A stretch of 64,000 nucleotides of DNA from Eledone cirrhosa (lineage: Eukaryota): NCBI GenBank assembly GCA_964016885.1, contig OZ024742.1:147498001-147562000 (forward strand), read 5' to 3'. The notes under the pieces were generated by a model. The model worked only from the letters and a program-made list of their open reading frames with translations, did no database searches and was not told the origin of the DNA. How positions within the stretch are numbered: position 1 is the stretch's first letter; each line of letters opens with the position of its first letter. Shown here in pieces: positions 25,571 through 35,967 of the stretch. The position numbers and the translations under genes were made by a program.

Positions 25571-26384
25571 AGATCAAAAGATGGTTAAAAGAGTTCCAAG
25601 TATTTTATTATGCGCATTTCAAAAACAAATATACTGTAGAGCGCTACTTATCCGATATTTGCATTGCTTTATTGTGCTACAATAAAACTCACCTCCTACA
25701 TTATATATATATATATAAGATAACAAGATATCGTTTAAGGTAATCCAAGTAGAGGTTATGAGTACTCTGTATCGAGGATAGTTTTAATATTCGGCGTTGT
25801 TTGACTCAACAAGAAGTTTCTTTAGTCTGGTGGCCGGTTTAAGAAAGTTCCTAGGCAGGCGGTTCTTGGAATAATAATTGTAAAAGAGTGAAGAATAACG
25901 TGTTCAGCTTTACAATAGGGTTTATTTAAAGTATTAACAATTGTTTCATTAGTCCGGTGTGTCTAAAAATCGTTGATCCATAGAAGTCGCGTAACTCGAT
26001 TTTAATTACAGTCGATGCCCGACCAAATCATCAGAATACTGATCTGTGTACATGATACAAAGCACTAGTATTTATATATATATTTATAGATATAGATATA
26101 CTATATTCCAGTGTTTGGAATAGGTATACCATAGCCCATCTCTTTAAAGGTGACTAAAAGAGTTGGTGTCAAGAAAAGCACTTGACTATAAAACTTTGTC
26201 TCAAAACATCGCATTGAAACCATACCAGCATGGAAAAATGGATGTAAAAACGATGATTACTTACGTTTAGTGTTTACTCCAAGAATGTTCCTGGGGCAGG
26301 GTACACTTACAACAATATTGGCCAGTGTCTGTGGCCAGCATAGAACTGTATCCCAATATGTGTTACACCATGTTCTGTTGAAAC
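1043..26384 (-). CDS. CRHR: Class B1 GPCR, CRF / diuretic hormone 44 / egg-laying-hormone receptor-like; partial, 7 exons: join(complement 26265..26384, 24307..24419, 21279..21391, 8666..8792, 7328..7481, 2686..2746, 1043..1112)
   Basis: Exons assembled by hand with canonical AG/GT sites and compatible phases (1,1,0,2,0,1,2,0) give one open frame. Hallmarks: ECD WCNTYWDTVLCWP..VPCP..NATRVC..NGTW..NYSSC; TM2 LRCLRNRIHCHL; TM3 NFYWMFVEGLHLH; TM4 IGWGAPLPFILVW; ECL2 CW. Exon sizes of 120, 154 and 61 nt match my recollection of the vertebrate CRHR exons. Exact orthology (CRHR vs DH44R/ELHR) is not resolvable without phylogeny. Confidence 0.93.
1803..1872. repeat. (CTT)n microsatellite
   Basis: Directly visible; abuts a degenerate LINE 3' end. 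Confidence 0.95.
1885..2385 (-). mobile_element. Degenerate RTE-like LINE 3' fragment
   Basis: Minus-strand translation TLVYGYEAW...MGFLRRVFGITL..R...EIRKSL, typical of the RTE C-terminal region. Confidence 0.65.
2686..2746 (-). CDS. GPCR exon: TM4 (GAPLPFILVWALLKAKFENNS)
   Basis: ttttttcacag| acceptor and |gtaagt donor, 61 nt, phase-compatible with both neighbours. Confidence 0.92.
2821..3745 (-). mobile_element. 5'-truncated RTE/BovB-like LINE with C-terminal C2H2 fingers and a (TATG)n tail
   Basis: RLRWCGHVVWM..CIPKQLLY, CHVCARGCKSLADLKSHIRASH; ends in a (CATA)n run. Confidence 0.8.
4245..4645. repeat. Compound (CAC/CAT)n and (GT)n simple repeats
   Basis: Directly visible; source of the poly-His and poly-Met ORFs. 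Confidence 0.95.
5205..5597 (-). mobile_element. Two tandem Nin/Deu-domain SINE copies
   Basis: Reverse complement of GAGTTCAAAT (B box) ... GCCTTTCATCCTT.CGGGGTCGATAAA, present twice. Confidence 0.7.
5610..6140 (+). mobile_element. Tx1/L1-like non-LTR 3' fragment
   Basis: Plus-frame FICLVAMAKEIVWSTRLKG...HLKRKIRVERE, then a UTR with AATAAA and (TAA)n. Confidence 0.5.
6243..6620. repeat. 29-bp minisatellite, about 13 copies (CCAAYACTCCACTCCCCATTAATATATAA)
   Basis: Directly visible tandem array. Confidence 0.9.
6846..7235 (+). mobile_element. Non-autonomous Helitron-like element
   Basis: (TCTG)n-like 5' region; 3' hairpin CCCGTGCAATGCTGGG then TTAG|T; homologous to 32457-33316. Confidence 0.55.
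7328..7481 (-). CDS. GPCR exon: TM3/ICL2/start of TM4 (WLCKALVTAFNYFQSTNFYWMFVEGLHLHMIVVWTYSSEKLQLWHFKLIGW)
   Basis: tttctag| acceptor and |gtaagc donor, 154 nt; NFxWMFVEG signature. Confidence 0.95.
8309..8596 (-). mobile_element. tRNA-derived SINE
   Basis: Minus-strand A box TGGCCTAGTGG and B box GGTTCGATTCC; short (AGACTTT)n tail. Confidence 0.8.
8666..8792 (-). CDS. GPCR exon: ICL1/TM2 (NLRCLRNRIHCHLIMSFIFRNIIWLAMRHSIEHVAVHKQYLE)
   Basis: ttctgtag| acceptor and |gtgagt donor, 127 nt; LRCLRNxIH motif. Confidence 0.93.
9690..10710 (-). mobile_element. CRE-like (RLE group) non-LTR retrotransposon fragment
   Basis: HLDDACLG (RT YxDD-like), LPKRFGGLGL, WIDALP...GGL, HGLSC..HH; frameshifted. 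Confidence 0.7.
11858..12465 (-). mobile_element. Non-autonomous Helitron-like element
   Basis: Minus strand starts TCTATATA...TGTGTCTGTG and ends with hairpin GCCTG..CAGGC followed by CTAG|T. Confidence 0.5.
12470..13365 (+). mobile_element. R4/Dong-like RLE non-LTR 3' fragment, interrupted by an RTE 3' tail (about 12911-13185, minus)
   Basis: ILWDMPIHTDREIKTNQSD..., IIIGALG motif; ends in (TAA)n. Confidence 0.7.
13379..13737 (+). mobile_element. 5'-truncated R4/Dong-like element in (TAA)n
   Basis: KYKDLEIEIGKMW..TIPVVVGALG..LMGTAHILRKIL; (TAA)n on both sides. Confidence 0.8.
13775..15390 (+). mobile_element. 5'-truncated R4/Dong-like non-LTR retrotransposon (end of RT, CCHC-like region, RLE endonuclease)
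   Basis: YKYLG, RLYLKRSEGGRGL, ETVAHIVSLC..RHD, LWDF.., PDLVV..IVDV..EKINQY; flanked by (TAA)n. Confidence 0.85.
14058..14241 (+). mobile_element. Nin/Deu-domain SINE with a 16-bp TSD, inserted in the Dong-like element
   Basis: TSD ATTATTAGGTACAGTG at 14043-14058 and 14242-14257; B box GAGTTCAAATCC; GCCTTTCATCC..GGGGTCGATAAA core. Confidence 0.85.
15966..17275 (-). mobile_element. RTE LINE 5' part: APE endonuclease domain
   Basis: CCVQETRW, GVGIL, AYAPQ, AGDFNGYVG, SQIDFIL, SQHSLVV motifs. Confidence 0.88.
17336..17995 (-). mobile_element. 5'-truncated RTE LINE 3' end with a (GAT)n tail
   Basis: RRLRWYGHVMRM..GRPRKTW; near-identical to 19350-20278. Confidence 0.88.
19350..20278 (+). mobile_element. 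5'-truncated RTE LINE 3' end (C-terminal ORF, 3'UTR, (GAT)n tail)
   Basis: MLHGSETW..RRLERNEACMLRWMC..GRPRKTW; the UTR has an internal tandem duplication. Confidence 0.9.
20400..21170 (+). mobile_element. Older RTE LINE 3' fragment
   Basis: FCYLG, RRLCWLRHV, GRPRTTW; (GAT)n tail. Confidence 0.75.
21279..21391 (-). CDS. GPCR exon: TM1 (EDNHRNTSDLIINIIYHFGFCISTVALAVAFGIFSGFR)
   Basis: tttcag| acceptor and |gtagat donor, 113 nt; matches class B TM1 pattern (IYxxGxxISxxALxVAxxIF). Confidence 0.9.
24307..24419 (-). CDS. GPCR exon: hormone-binding domain part 2 (QNATRVCNENGTWNEKANYSSCFTDDYKINVTSILASN)
   Basis: ttttcag| acceptor and |gtatgt donor, 113 nt; NATRxC..NGTW..NYSxC motif; too short to appear in the ORF track. 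Confidence 0.9.
25161..25196 (+). ncRNA. Minimal type I hammerhead ribozyme motif (PLE type; G12 mutated)
   Basis: TCTT-CTGATGA-A-GGAC tagc GTCC-AAAA-CG-TT-AAGA. Confidence 0.55.
26265..26384 (-). CDS. GPCR exon: hormone-binding domain part 1 (FNRTWCNTYWDTVLCWPQTLANIVVSVPCPRNILGVNTK)
   Basis: 120 nt, tag| acceptor and |gtaagt donor; class B ECD motif C-x3-WD-x3-CWP-x9-PCP. Confidence 0.93.
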
Positions 26385-26535
26385 CTAGTAGCCAGGAAGA
26401 GATTAAAATGTTTTTTTCAAAAATAATACAAATAGTGTTGCATAAAGGACCTCTTTTGAACTGATAGAAGAAAAACAAGAAATTATAATTTTTCTGACAA
26501 TGTAGAGATGAAACATATACAAGCCTCTAACTTAA

Positions 26536-26756
26536 CCCTTTAGCATTTAAACAGGTCATATATGGCTAGAATTCTCTTACATCTTTCTTTTCAAACTGGC
26601 TATAACCAGCTGCTTATACTTATGTCAAGGTATTGTTCTCAAAATTAACAATATCAAACTCTCATAGATTCGCCATTATGTGAGATAATTATGTGAAATA
26701 AAGTGTTTAAAGTGAAAATATAATAGTATATATAGAGTAATGTAAATGCTAAAGGG
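26536..26756. mobile_element. piggyBac-type MITE (same family as 457-674)
   Basis: 14-bp perfect TIR CCCTTTAGCATTTA/TAAATGCTAAAGGG flanked by TTAA on both sides. Confidence 0.8.
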
Positions 26757-27349
26757 TTAAATGTTCCACAATGGGATCAGCTGTTGTTGCATTTGCTTGA
26801 GTTTGTGGATAGCATTGAATTGGTGTAGATTTGTGTAGATTCAAGTTAAGGTAATTGACAGTCTTAGTTACATATACACACATATATATGTGATTAAGAA
26901 TAGCTCTTCAGAGAAAAACAGAAAGAGACCGCAGTTAAATAAAGTACACAGTATTTTAACAATATATTAAGTAGAGAGGTATGTGAACTATTTCTTGGTA
27001 ATTTCAAATGAATGAAGCAGTTCTAGTCCTACAGAAGGCATTTCTATCTGAAATAAATCGTATATATATATGAAAAAAATATCGTTTTTTACACAAACAA
27101 TATAAAAATCGGAAAGAAGTAGATGGAGAAGTTAAAACAGCTCAAAATACAGCAATTTATTACAATAAACAGTACAAAAGGCTATGTTTCATACTTCATT
27201 GAAAGATTTTTCAAACAAGCATATGTACAAAATCCTATTGTGTTAAAAATAATAATTATGCATGAAGCAAATTATTCACTAAAGTAGTAATTACTAAATA
27301 CGTTTTTACATTAAATATTGATTTATGATCATTTCGTCCCTTATTAGGA

Positions 27350-27421
27350 TTTATCAAAATCAAACATTCATAAGCAAATATCTCATTATATTATCTCACC
27401 AAGCAGATCAACAATTCAGTC

Positions 27422-27475
<54 letters not shown>

Positions 27476-27547
27476 GACTGAATTGTTGATCTGCTTGGTG
27501 AGATAATATAATGAGATATTTGCTTATGAATGTTTGATTTTGATAAA
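27350..27547. repeat. Perfect palindrome of about 198 bp centred on (TA)n
   Basis: About 76-bp arms TTTATCAAAATC...CAGTCAAATT / AATTTGACTG...GATTTTGATAAA around a (TA)n core. Confidence 0.92.
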
Positions 27548-27587
27548 AAAATTATATATATATATATATATATATATCCATAGTGAA

Positions 27588-27705
27588 GGCGTGTGGCTGA
27601 GTGGTTAGAGAATTGGATTCGCAATCGTAAGGTTGTGAGTTCGATTCCTGGACCAGGCGATGCGTCATGTCTTTGAGCAAGACACTTTATTTCACGTTGC
27701 TCCTT
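27588..27705 (+). mobile_element. tRNA-derived SINE (3'-truncated)
   Basis: A box TGGCTGAGTGG and B box GAGTTCGATTCC, then the shared CTTGAGCAAGACACTT core. Confidence 0.75.
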
Positions 27706-28811
27706 CTACCTGGAGTTGCGACCGATAGATAGTATTAGCAATTGGAAAGACCAACGGAAACATTGTTCCCTCGGTCCGATTTGACGAAAGTCGATCGTTC
27801 CTATATATATCCATATATGGTTGATGAAAGGAGTACTCAATACTGAAGTAGAGTTTTAATACTCATTTTATTAAGGCTAAATAGTGAGACTTGTTACACT
27901 GGAGTTTCAATTGTTTATTACAGAGTCATCAGACAAGAACTGTGATAAACTCCAGATTAACAAGATTCACTATTTAGCCTTAATATATATATATATATAT
28001 GTGTGTATATGTGTGTAGCGAAACCTCAACATATTTTTCCCTCAATTGTTTTCTTAGCCTTCCACATACAACCACCAAATGACTGACCTGAGACTTCAAA
28101 GCCAAAAACCTAGACAATGTTCTGTTGTAGGAAGCTCTGGTACCAGAGTGTCCGAAAAGAGGACAGTTAAAAAAGCCACCTGTTTAATGTTTCTGGGCAA
28201 CCTAAATCTGATATATATACAAGGGATTTTCAATCCCCAGGACATTCTGGTTTTTAACTCAGCAAAATGCATTCTGCTTTATGACTAGCAATGTAGACAC
28301 ACACAGACAGACAGACTGGCTAGCCAGACCCCCCTGGAACAAGCACTAGCTGAGTTTGTTACCAGGTTAGTAAAATTTACTACAATGTATTCTACATTGC
28401 ACACATAACATACTGCATCTATACATGCATGCATCTTTTTCTGTTGTTCACTGCTGCACATGATTTTGAAGTAAATCATGTTACAAAGAAAAACATTCAA
28501 ATTAGCAGTCTTGTTCATTTGTTAATTCTCATCCATGTGATTTGCAAAAATCATTTCCCCAACAGTAATATCACTTCACCACATCAAGCAAAGCTTCCTT
28601 TGACTCACTGAAACATACTACATTTACTTATTTGCCATTACTCGACCAACAAGCTACTCACTCATAAACTACTTCAACAACTTCATCTTTGCAACTCATA
28701 CTACCGTATAACAAATGAACCAAACAAACCATCTTCTTAACCCCTTTAAATAAATATATAAACAGGCAAAATTCCAGAGTAACAAGACTCACTATTTAGC
28801 CTTAATAAAAA

Positions 28812-28846
<35 letters not shown>

Positions 28847-31800
28847 TCTTCATTATCTCCACCATTTTACAGCCATTTTCCATGTTCGCATGGGTTGGAT
28901 AGGTTGTCATATTCTGGGATTAGAAAAGTCAAATGACCATGTTCTGCTGGTATGTTCCCTTTTGGCATACTTTTTATGGCTGGATGGCCAGCCACTTGTA
29001 CTAGATACATTGTATTGTGGCAGCAACATAGGCAAAAGAAGACTGTGAGGAGGTAAGGGATGAAAACATAAGTGGCACCATAGAGTGAGATGGGAGAGTA
29101 AGAGCAACTGAGAGTCATTCCTCAGAGAGGAAAAGAGAGAGGGTGAGGATAAGTGTTAGGTAGTGGAAGTTGCTTTGAAGAGAGCATATGTTGGATGGTA
29201 GCTCAGAGTGGTGATGAATACATACAGGACTCTTTATATTAATAAAAAAAGACTATGCTGTCCTTGAACTGGACATATACCATTGAATTACATTTTATCA
29301 TGAACAGGTCATAGAGAATCATCTCTATGTTCTTGTAGTGACTTGACAGAAACTTTTTGGCATTATTTATTCCAATGTAGAAACTACCAGACTGAGAAAA
29401 AGGACATCTTGAAGCCAGTAGCATGCTATAAAATGGTTGGTGACAGGAAGGGCATTCGGGCAGAAAGCCAAATATTATGGAAACACACAACTTATAACCT
29501 TTATAATCCAACTTATGTAAGCATGGAAAAGGGGACATAAAATGATGATGATAATAGAATCAATAAGATTGATTAAATCCCTTTAAGGTAATGCTCCAGT
29601 ATCGATGTGATCTGACTGAAGCCAATAAAAGAATAAAAGATATGTCACAGTATGCATTGGTTCAAGTGTGAACATTTAAACAACCGTGACTATGGAATAA
29701 AATTGAAGATATAATCAAAATCTTTATGATAATAAAATGAAATTGTGAAGAATTTATGTATCGAACCAGGAATAAGAACATTTATGAAACATAAAATTTC
29801 CATGGGCTCCTCTAGTTCTTATTGTTATTTTAAAAAGTAATAAATCAGTAAAAATGAAATTATTGAAAAAAAGTGATATTTTCAACATTTCCCTGCTAGA
29901 TATGATATTAATGGCAAGCTATTATTTACTTTTGGAAGGAACCTTGAATCATTCGCTATTAACGATTTACAAATTGGAATGTATCAAAATGCGATTGTAT
30001 AAAATGATAGTAAAAAATATATATATATATATTTTCTTCCATTCAGCTTGCAGCAGTGATTTGCCAGAAGCAAATATTGGATTACAGGCAGGGAATAATG
30101 CAAGCTGAAATACCCCACCTTTAGTGAATGGTATCAACGTTATTCTATCGAAGCTTAATCTACTAGCAGTAAAGAAATGTGAAAGCTCCATGGTATTTGG
30201 AAAGCGGGTTAATGAAATATGTTTTTTTTATATTTTATTATTGATTTTATGGCACAAAATCCTCCTTATTGTCAGTCTTTCGTGGACACGTTGATAAGCA
30301 GAAGTTTTTGGGTTTTTGTCTGATATTTAATTCTGATGGAGGCTTGCAGCTATCTGGATTTTATTCATTTGAAAAGAAGATAGTCATATGTAGGAATTTA
30401 ACTCAGCCATTAATAAGCAGTAAAATGATAAATAACAAATGTGGTAACAAAATATATCCCTGTTACAGTAACAAAACGGATGTTAAATGGAAGGTTGATG
30501 TATGACATATTCTCTACAATTATGAAGTGATATATTTTTCTCCATTAGGTTAACTATCGATTTACAATTTTGGCACATGTCTACACATTTCAAGGGAAGG
30601 ATTGTTGTGTTAAAATTATTATGTAACTGAAAATATATGGGTTAGTGGTTAGGGTATTTGACTCACAATCATGCATTCATAAGTTTAATTCTCAGTGATG
30701 GATGCATTGTGTCCTGCAACAAGACACTTTATTTCATGTTACTCTAGTCCACTCACTTGGAAAAAATGAGTTGTACTTGTATTTCAAAGGGCCAGCTTGG
30801 CAAACACTGTCACGCTGGTTCACCACCATCATCACCACCAACAACAATAACACCAACAGCACCACCACCATCATCATCTTCTTCATCACCATCATCATCG
30901 TCATCCACATCATCATCATCTTCAACATCACTTAAAGACCATTTTCCATGTTCAGTAGGTTTGGACAGGTTGTTACAGACCAAGTCAGTACTCAAGTAGA
31001 GTTACAGATGTCTTAGACAGACTGGTGACTGCATCTCACTTACATATATTCCCATACTCTACTGATTGTACTGGTCGCATTTTATAGTGGCACTAGCACT
31101 AGGGAGGTTGTCATGTCTTTGACACAACTGAAGTGTGTTTTAACCCTTTGTTTGGTAAATTTTTGTATCACTAACCATCTTACAGAATGTACTGGGTGAA
31201 TCTTATCATGGCATCAATATTAGTGAGGGTGCCATGCCTTTGACATAACTGAAGAGTCCTCAGCCCTTTTTGATAGGGTTTCTACAGCTTGATGCCCTTC
31301 CTATCATCAACCAGTTTATAAGATGTATTGGGTACATTTTTTGCATGCTTTCTACTGCTGAAAACCTTTCCTAACCCCAACCACTTTACAAAGAGTACTG
31401 GTTGCATTTGATTGTGGCACCAGCCTTATGGAGGGTGTCAATCATTGACTCACTTCAGGGCCCTTAGTATCCTATTGCAGGTGGGTGATAACTTGTCACA
31501 AGTGAGATGCATTTGTGGGAGAAAAGGATGTTGGAGTGGGGTGTAAGAAGGATGATAGGCATCTTGCCATATGTGACAATAAGTTGAAGGAGGGAAGGGA
31601 GGTTAAAATGTATGATGTTATGGGTGTATGACAAATATGGTGGGATTTAAAGGGGTATATAACAAGTGTGATGGAATTTGAAAAGGTGTGAAAGATGAGA
31701 GGGGCATCTGTGAGGGTGATCCTGGATAATGAAGAGTACAGTGATGATGAGAATAAATACTATAGACTGGTGTGTTGAGATTTAAAAGGGATGGAAGGGA

Positions 31801-32456
31801 TCCTGGGAGTGTGTGGGTAGGTACGGTGATGGTGAGATTAGTTACTAGGGAGAGATAGTGGAGATAGGGGTGTAAATAGATCAGGTCACATTCACATGTT
31901 TTATACTGGTAGGTGAGTCTTCTCCAGTGCCACATGTCATCAATCCTTGTTGTCCTTTGTCATCCCTGTCATGAGATTCTACATTCTAAGGTGAACCTTC
32001 ACAATTTCTTTAACCTCTTCAGTGCCACAGACGAGATAACTCATCCTAACATGTTTGAACTCTTTTCCAACAGTTCATAACTTCAAAGTTATGAACTTGT
32101 TTTCGACAGTCATAACTTCAAAGCTAGATGGGGTTACTAGTTTATTGCTGTGATATTTGTCAATCATTCAGATACTTGTTGTTAGGGTTTGGGTTAGTCC
32201 AAGAAGCAAACTCACAACGTCACAATTGTGAATCCAATGATCTAGCCACTAAGCCCACTAAGCAATGTGTGTAAAATATATTCCTAATTAATTACACACT
32301 TTTACTATTCGCCAGTTTAATTCTCACTATGTTGACTTTGCCTTTCACCTTTCCAAACCAATTCAGTCGTTAAACATAGGAATAAACATAATATGTAATA
32401 GTAAGAAATATGAAATTTTACATCGAAATGGCAATAATATAAAAATATATAAATAA

Positions 32457-33316
32457 TTAGTAGTGGTACCCGGCGTTGTACGGGATAAGATATTTTGGAA
32501 CGCGAGCCGTCAACAGACCTAAACGTGGAAAAACTGCATGCCTCGACAATATATAAAGAAAATAAACCGAATACTCTGATGGCTGGATAATCTTTAGGAT
32601 TTTCCTGAAGCAGGAAAAATGCAGGTTTTCACCTAATGCGGGCTCTAGGGGATCAAGAAAATGAATATTTTTTATGTGCATAATATACCTTCAAATTTCG
32701 GGAAAATCGGCTAGACATAACGCCTCAAAAAAGCCCTAAAAAGATGAAAAAATGAAGTTTTTCACCGAATGCGGGACCTAGGCTATAAACAAGTTGGATT
32801 TTCTTTGCCCGCGGTATGAAGAAGAGACTGACTAATACATAGTTACAAATTCAAGGAAATCAGTCTGACGTAACGCCTCAAAAACCCTAAAAACCTGAAA
32901 AAAACGCAGTTTTTCACCTAATGCGGGCCCTAGGGGATGAAAAAGTTGAATTTTTTTATGTGCATAACACTCCCTGAAACATAAGTAATACACATGTAAA
33001 GTTTGAAAAAAGTCGGTTGAGTACTTCTCGAGTTTTAGGGATTCAAACTCACACACACACACACAAACAGACAGACAGACATCCTCAGGGAAGTGACGTA
33101 ATGCAGACAGTCAGACATACAGACAGATATTATAAGGGCGCGACGTTATATGTATGTATCTATCTAAAAAGAGAAAGACTAAGGTGATTTCCGAACGGTT
33201 GACTATGTAATTGCTAAGCCATGAGTGCCGTCTTAACTGGGGTATAGATAGGGAGAGGGGTAACAGAGGGGTTCCAAAATACCTTATCCCGTGCAACGCC
33301 GGGTACCACTGCTAGT
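32457..33316. mobile_element. Helitron-like composite with outward-facing 3' termini at both ends
   Basis: CCCGTGCAACGCCGGG hairpin + CTAG|T at the right end and its reverse complement at the left end; internal (ACAG)n and tandem repeats of about 140 bp. Confidence 0.6.
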
Positions 33317-34198
33317 AAATAATATAATATATACAATGTATAAATAAATATTATATATGTTTTACTTTACTATATTTATATATATGTATAATTTGATATT
33401 TAATATACTATTATATCAACTCTATTGTCCCCTTAAGCCCCAGCACCCCTGGTTCTTCTCAATGACCCACAGGGGCAGTAGCACCCACTTTGAGAATCTC
33501 TGGCTTAGATGAACTACCAATCAAGGCTAACAAGCGTAAATTTGCCGTTGAAAACTGCGCATTTATTCAGAATGCTTATTTCTTTGGTCGCTGGCCTCTT
33601 GACCCTTCCAAGTCAACGTATTCTCAACATCGACCATCAACTTCGGCTGTTATTTCTAGCACTTTGCGCAACTCATTTTTTCTAAAAAAAAAAAATTTTT
33701 ACTGTGAATTTAAACATCGAATACGCTCACTCCGCGAAACAACAACATCAACAGCAACACAGCTTCATCAACAACCAAAACCAGCAGAACAAGCCAGAGA
33801 ATTTATTTTTGCAGCACTCTTCCTGTGAGAAAATCCATTCGGAGGTTGGAAATTTCACGTTATACCACAGAACAGAAACCACCTGCATTCATTCTCTGGA
33901 ACACACTTTCTTTCCTGCTGTCATGTGATTGCAAACTTGTGAACATTTGAACTTTGAGCTCTTCTCTTACTTTGATTACATTGTATCTTTGGGTGATGGA
34001 TAGATAGATGTCCAGTCGTTCTCTGGCCAAGAGCGGTTGGCTACCTTGATATCTATCATTGATTTTTGCAAACATTTTTTTTCGTAATTTTCATGCCTGT
34101 TACAACATTCTCGCCAACTTACTACATACATATTTCATTCGATTTTTGTATTTTAAAATTCTGGCGGGAGGTAATGTAGCAGGAGTTGCCTCCCTTGT

Positions 34199-34629
34199 TG
34201 TGACACTCACATCACCAATAGATTAACGCTCTCTAGATAGGAAGTAGAACCCTTTCTGTAACTTCCGGTCAGATCCTATAAAAGGAACAGGATAGGACGA
34301 TCTTCCTCTCTCGCCTCCTGAATTCCAAAGTGGTAACACCTGCGACCTTAGCATGAGATGATTCCTTTCTCATAATCCTTCGCCACCAAGAAGAATGCAA
34401 CCGGCAGCCTAAGAGCCTAAGAAGATGTTAACACCTCCAAGAGAATCTCTCTCCTTTTCTCTACACACTTCAGCCTAGGAGTTGTGATCCACGGGTAATG
34501 ATTCATTTATATTAATCCCTTTGACTTCTATGAAGTAAAAACATTATCACAGCACACACACCGGCATTTATTGTCTTTTGTAATAATTTTATATGTACAC
34601 CGATACTAATCTCCTAAACCCTCTTCACA
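34199..34629 (+). mobile_element. Possible solo LTR
   Basis: TGTGA...TCACA ends, TATAAAAG box, AGTAAA-like signal; no convincing TSD. Confidence 0.35.
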
Positions 34630-34658
34630 AAGCAAACTTGGTGAGGTTATTGGTTTAG

Positions 34659-34768
34659 AGTTCAAATCCCGCCGAGGTTGACTTTGCCTTTCATCCTTAC
34701 GGGGGTGATAAAATAAAGTACCAGTAATGCACTGGGTAAATGCTGGCCTTGTGCCTAAAGTAGAAACA
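34659..34768 (+). mobile_element. 5'-truncated Nin/Deu-domain SINE with a 13-bp TSD
   Basis: TSD GTTATTGGTTTAG at 34646-34658 and 34769-34781; nearly identical to the 14058 and about 18930 copies. Confidence 0.8.
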
Positions 34769-35131
34769 GTTATTGGTTTAGTTTCTGATGACCTGACAAT
34801 GTGACAGGTTGTATTGAGTTAAATGTTACCATTAACATTCAGGAGCAACCTGACATACATACATAAGGTTTGCAGCGTCTTCACAGACGATTGCCGTCTC
34901 TTATTGATTCTTCGTTATCATCCCATCTGCGTCAATGACTTCGCAGATGACTTTGTAGGCCAGCTGTAGATCTGCATGGTTTACAACACAGGTGACAGAA
35001 GAGAGTTGTGCTTTCCGCAGGACCAGTGGGGTCACCCTATGGACACAATCTTTATGTACCACCATACATACATACATTCATACATGCAGACCACCATACA
35101 TGCATACATACATTCATATATACATACATAC

Positions 35132-35737
35132 ATGGTGGCTGCCAACTCGTTTTCGAGTACGGCCACTACTTTATATCCACGTAGGAGAACCCCTACCGAT
35201 GCGCTGAACAAATGTGACTTTTTAGTCCAGCCAGTGACTTGAAAATTCTGGTACAAACACTACACTTGTGACAATTATTGACACATAGTGCTGGGCCCAT
35301 GGTACCATGTGACGACAAGTGCAGAGAGATCTCCAGATATAAAGCAATGCCTGTGCCACGAAGCTTTTTTAGTGAGCAAAGGCACTGCACAAAGCCAGTC
35401 GCACTCTCTTAACCAAGATGATATTTACCAAAAAGAACAAGTCAACATCATTGGATACCATCAGGGTTGCAGGTGTTATATCAGAGTTTTCCTTCTCCTA
35501 GAATTCTGCCTTGACAAAGGCTGAGGGGTCATCTCTCCCGGTGATTTTGGATGGCCATTGACTCTTAAGAGCTCCTTTGCCCTTTGACAGGTTTTGTTTT
35601 TAGTCCTGCAGGATGTCCAAAGTCACCCTCCTCACCAAGAAACCTTGGTGGGGTTGCTAGTTTAGTCGCCAACGACCCGACCATGAGGCAGGTTGTACTG
35701 GGATACATGTTACCAGTAGCACCAACTGGTGACCTGA
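35132..35737 (-). mobile_element. Non-autonomous bipartite RTE-derived retroelement in (CATA)n
   Basis: Structured 5' leader plus RTE 3' end with a C2H2 remnant (CSVCTRIFKSLAGLKSHI); inverted near-copy at 62026-62636. Confidence 0.75.
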
Positions 35738-35770
35738 CATACATACATTCATACATACATACATACATCA

Positions 35771-35942
35771 TGCAGAGAGTGGGATGAAAAGTTCATAGGC
35801 TGACTATGAAGGAGTGATGCTACAGCTATGAAATCTTGCATGCATTGTTTCTTTCTAGGGACTATGTTGAAAAATAAACCTCGTTTGGTCATTTCATGTG
35901 AGTATCTTAGTCAGCTTATGAACTTTTCAGATAACTTTTGTA
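35771..35942. mobile_element. Mariner-like MITE
   Basis: TIR GAAAAGTTCATAGGCTGACTA / TAGTCAGCTTATGAACTTTTC. Confidence 0.6.
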
Positions 35943-35967
35943 CATACATAAATGATTGCATCCATAC

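Noticed and set aside
27588-27660. tRNA gene candidates (also 8525-8596, 38566 and 40652)
   Set aside because: A and B boxes are present but acceptor stems are not intact and each continues into a shared SINE body, so these are SINE heads.
28285-28518. Cys-containing ORF upstream of the ECD exon as a first coding exon
   Set aside because: The available gtatgt donor is phase 0, incompatible with the phase-1 acceptor at 26384, and there is no signal peptide.
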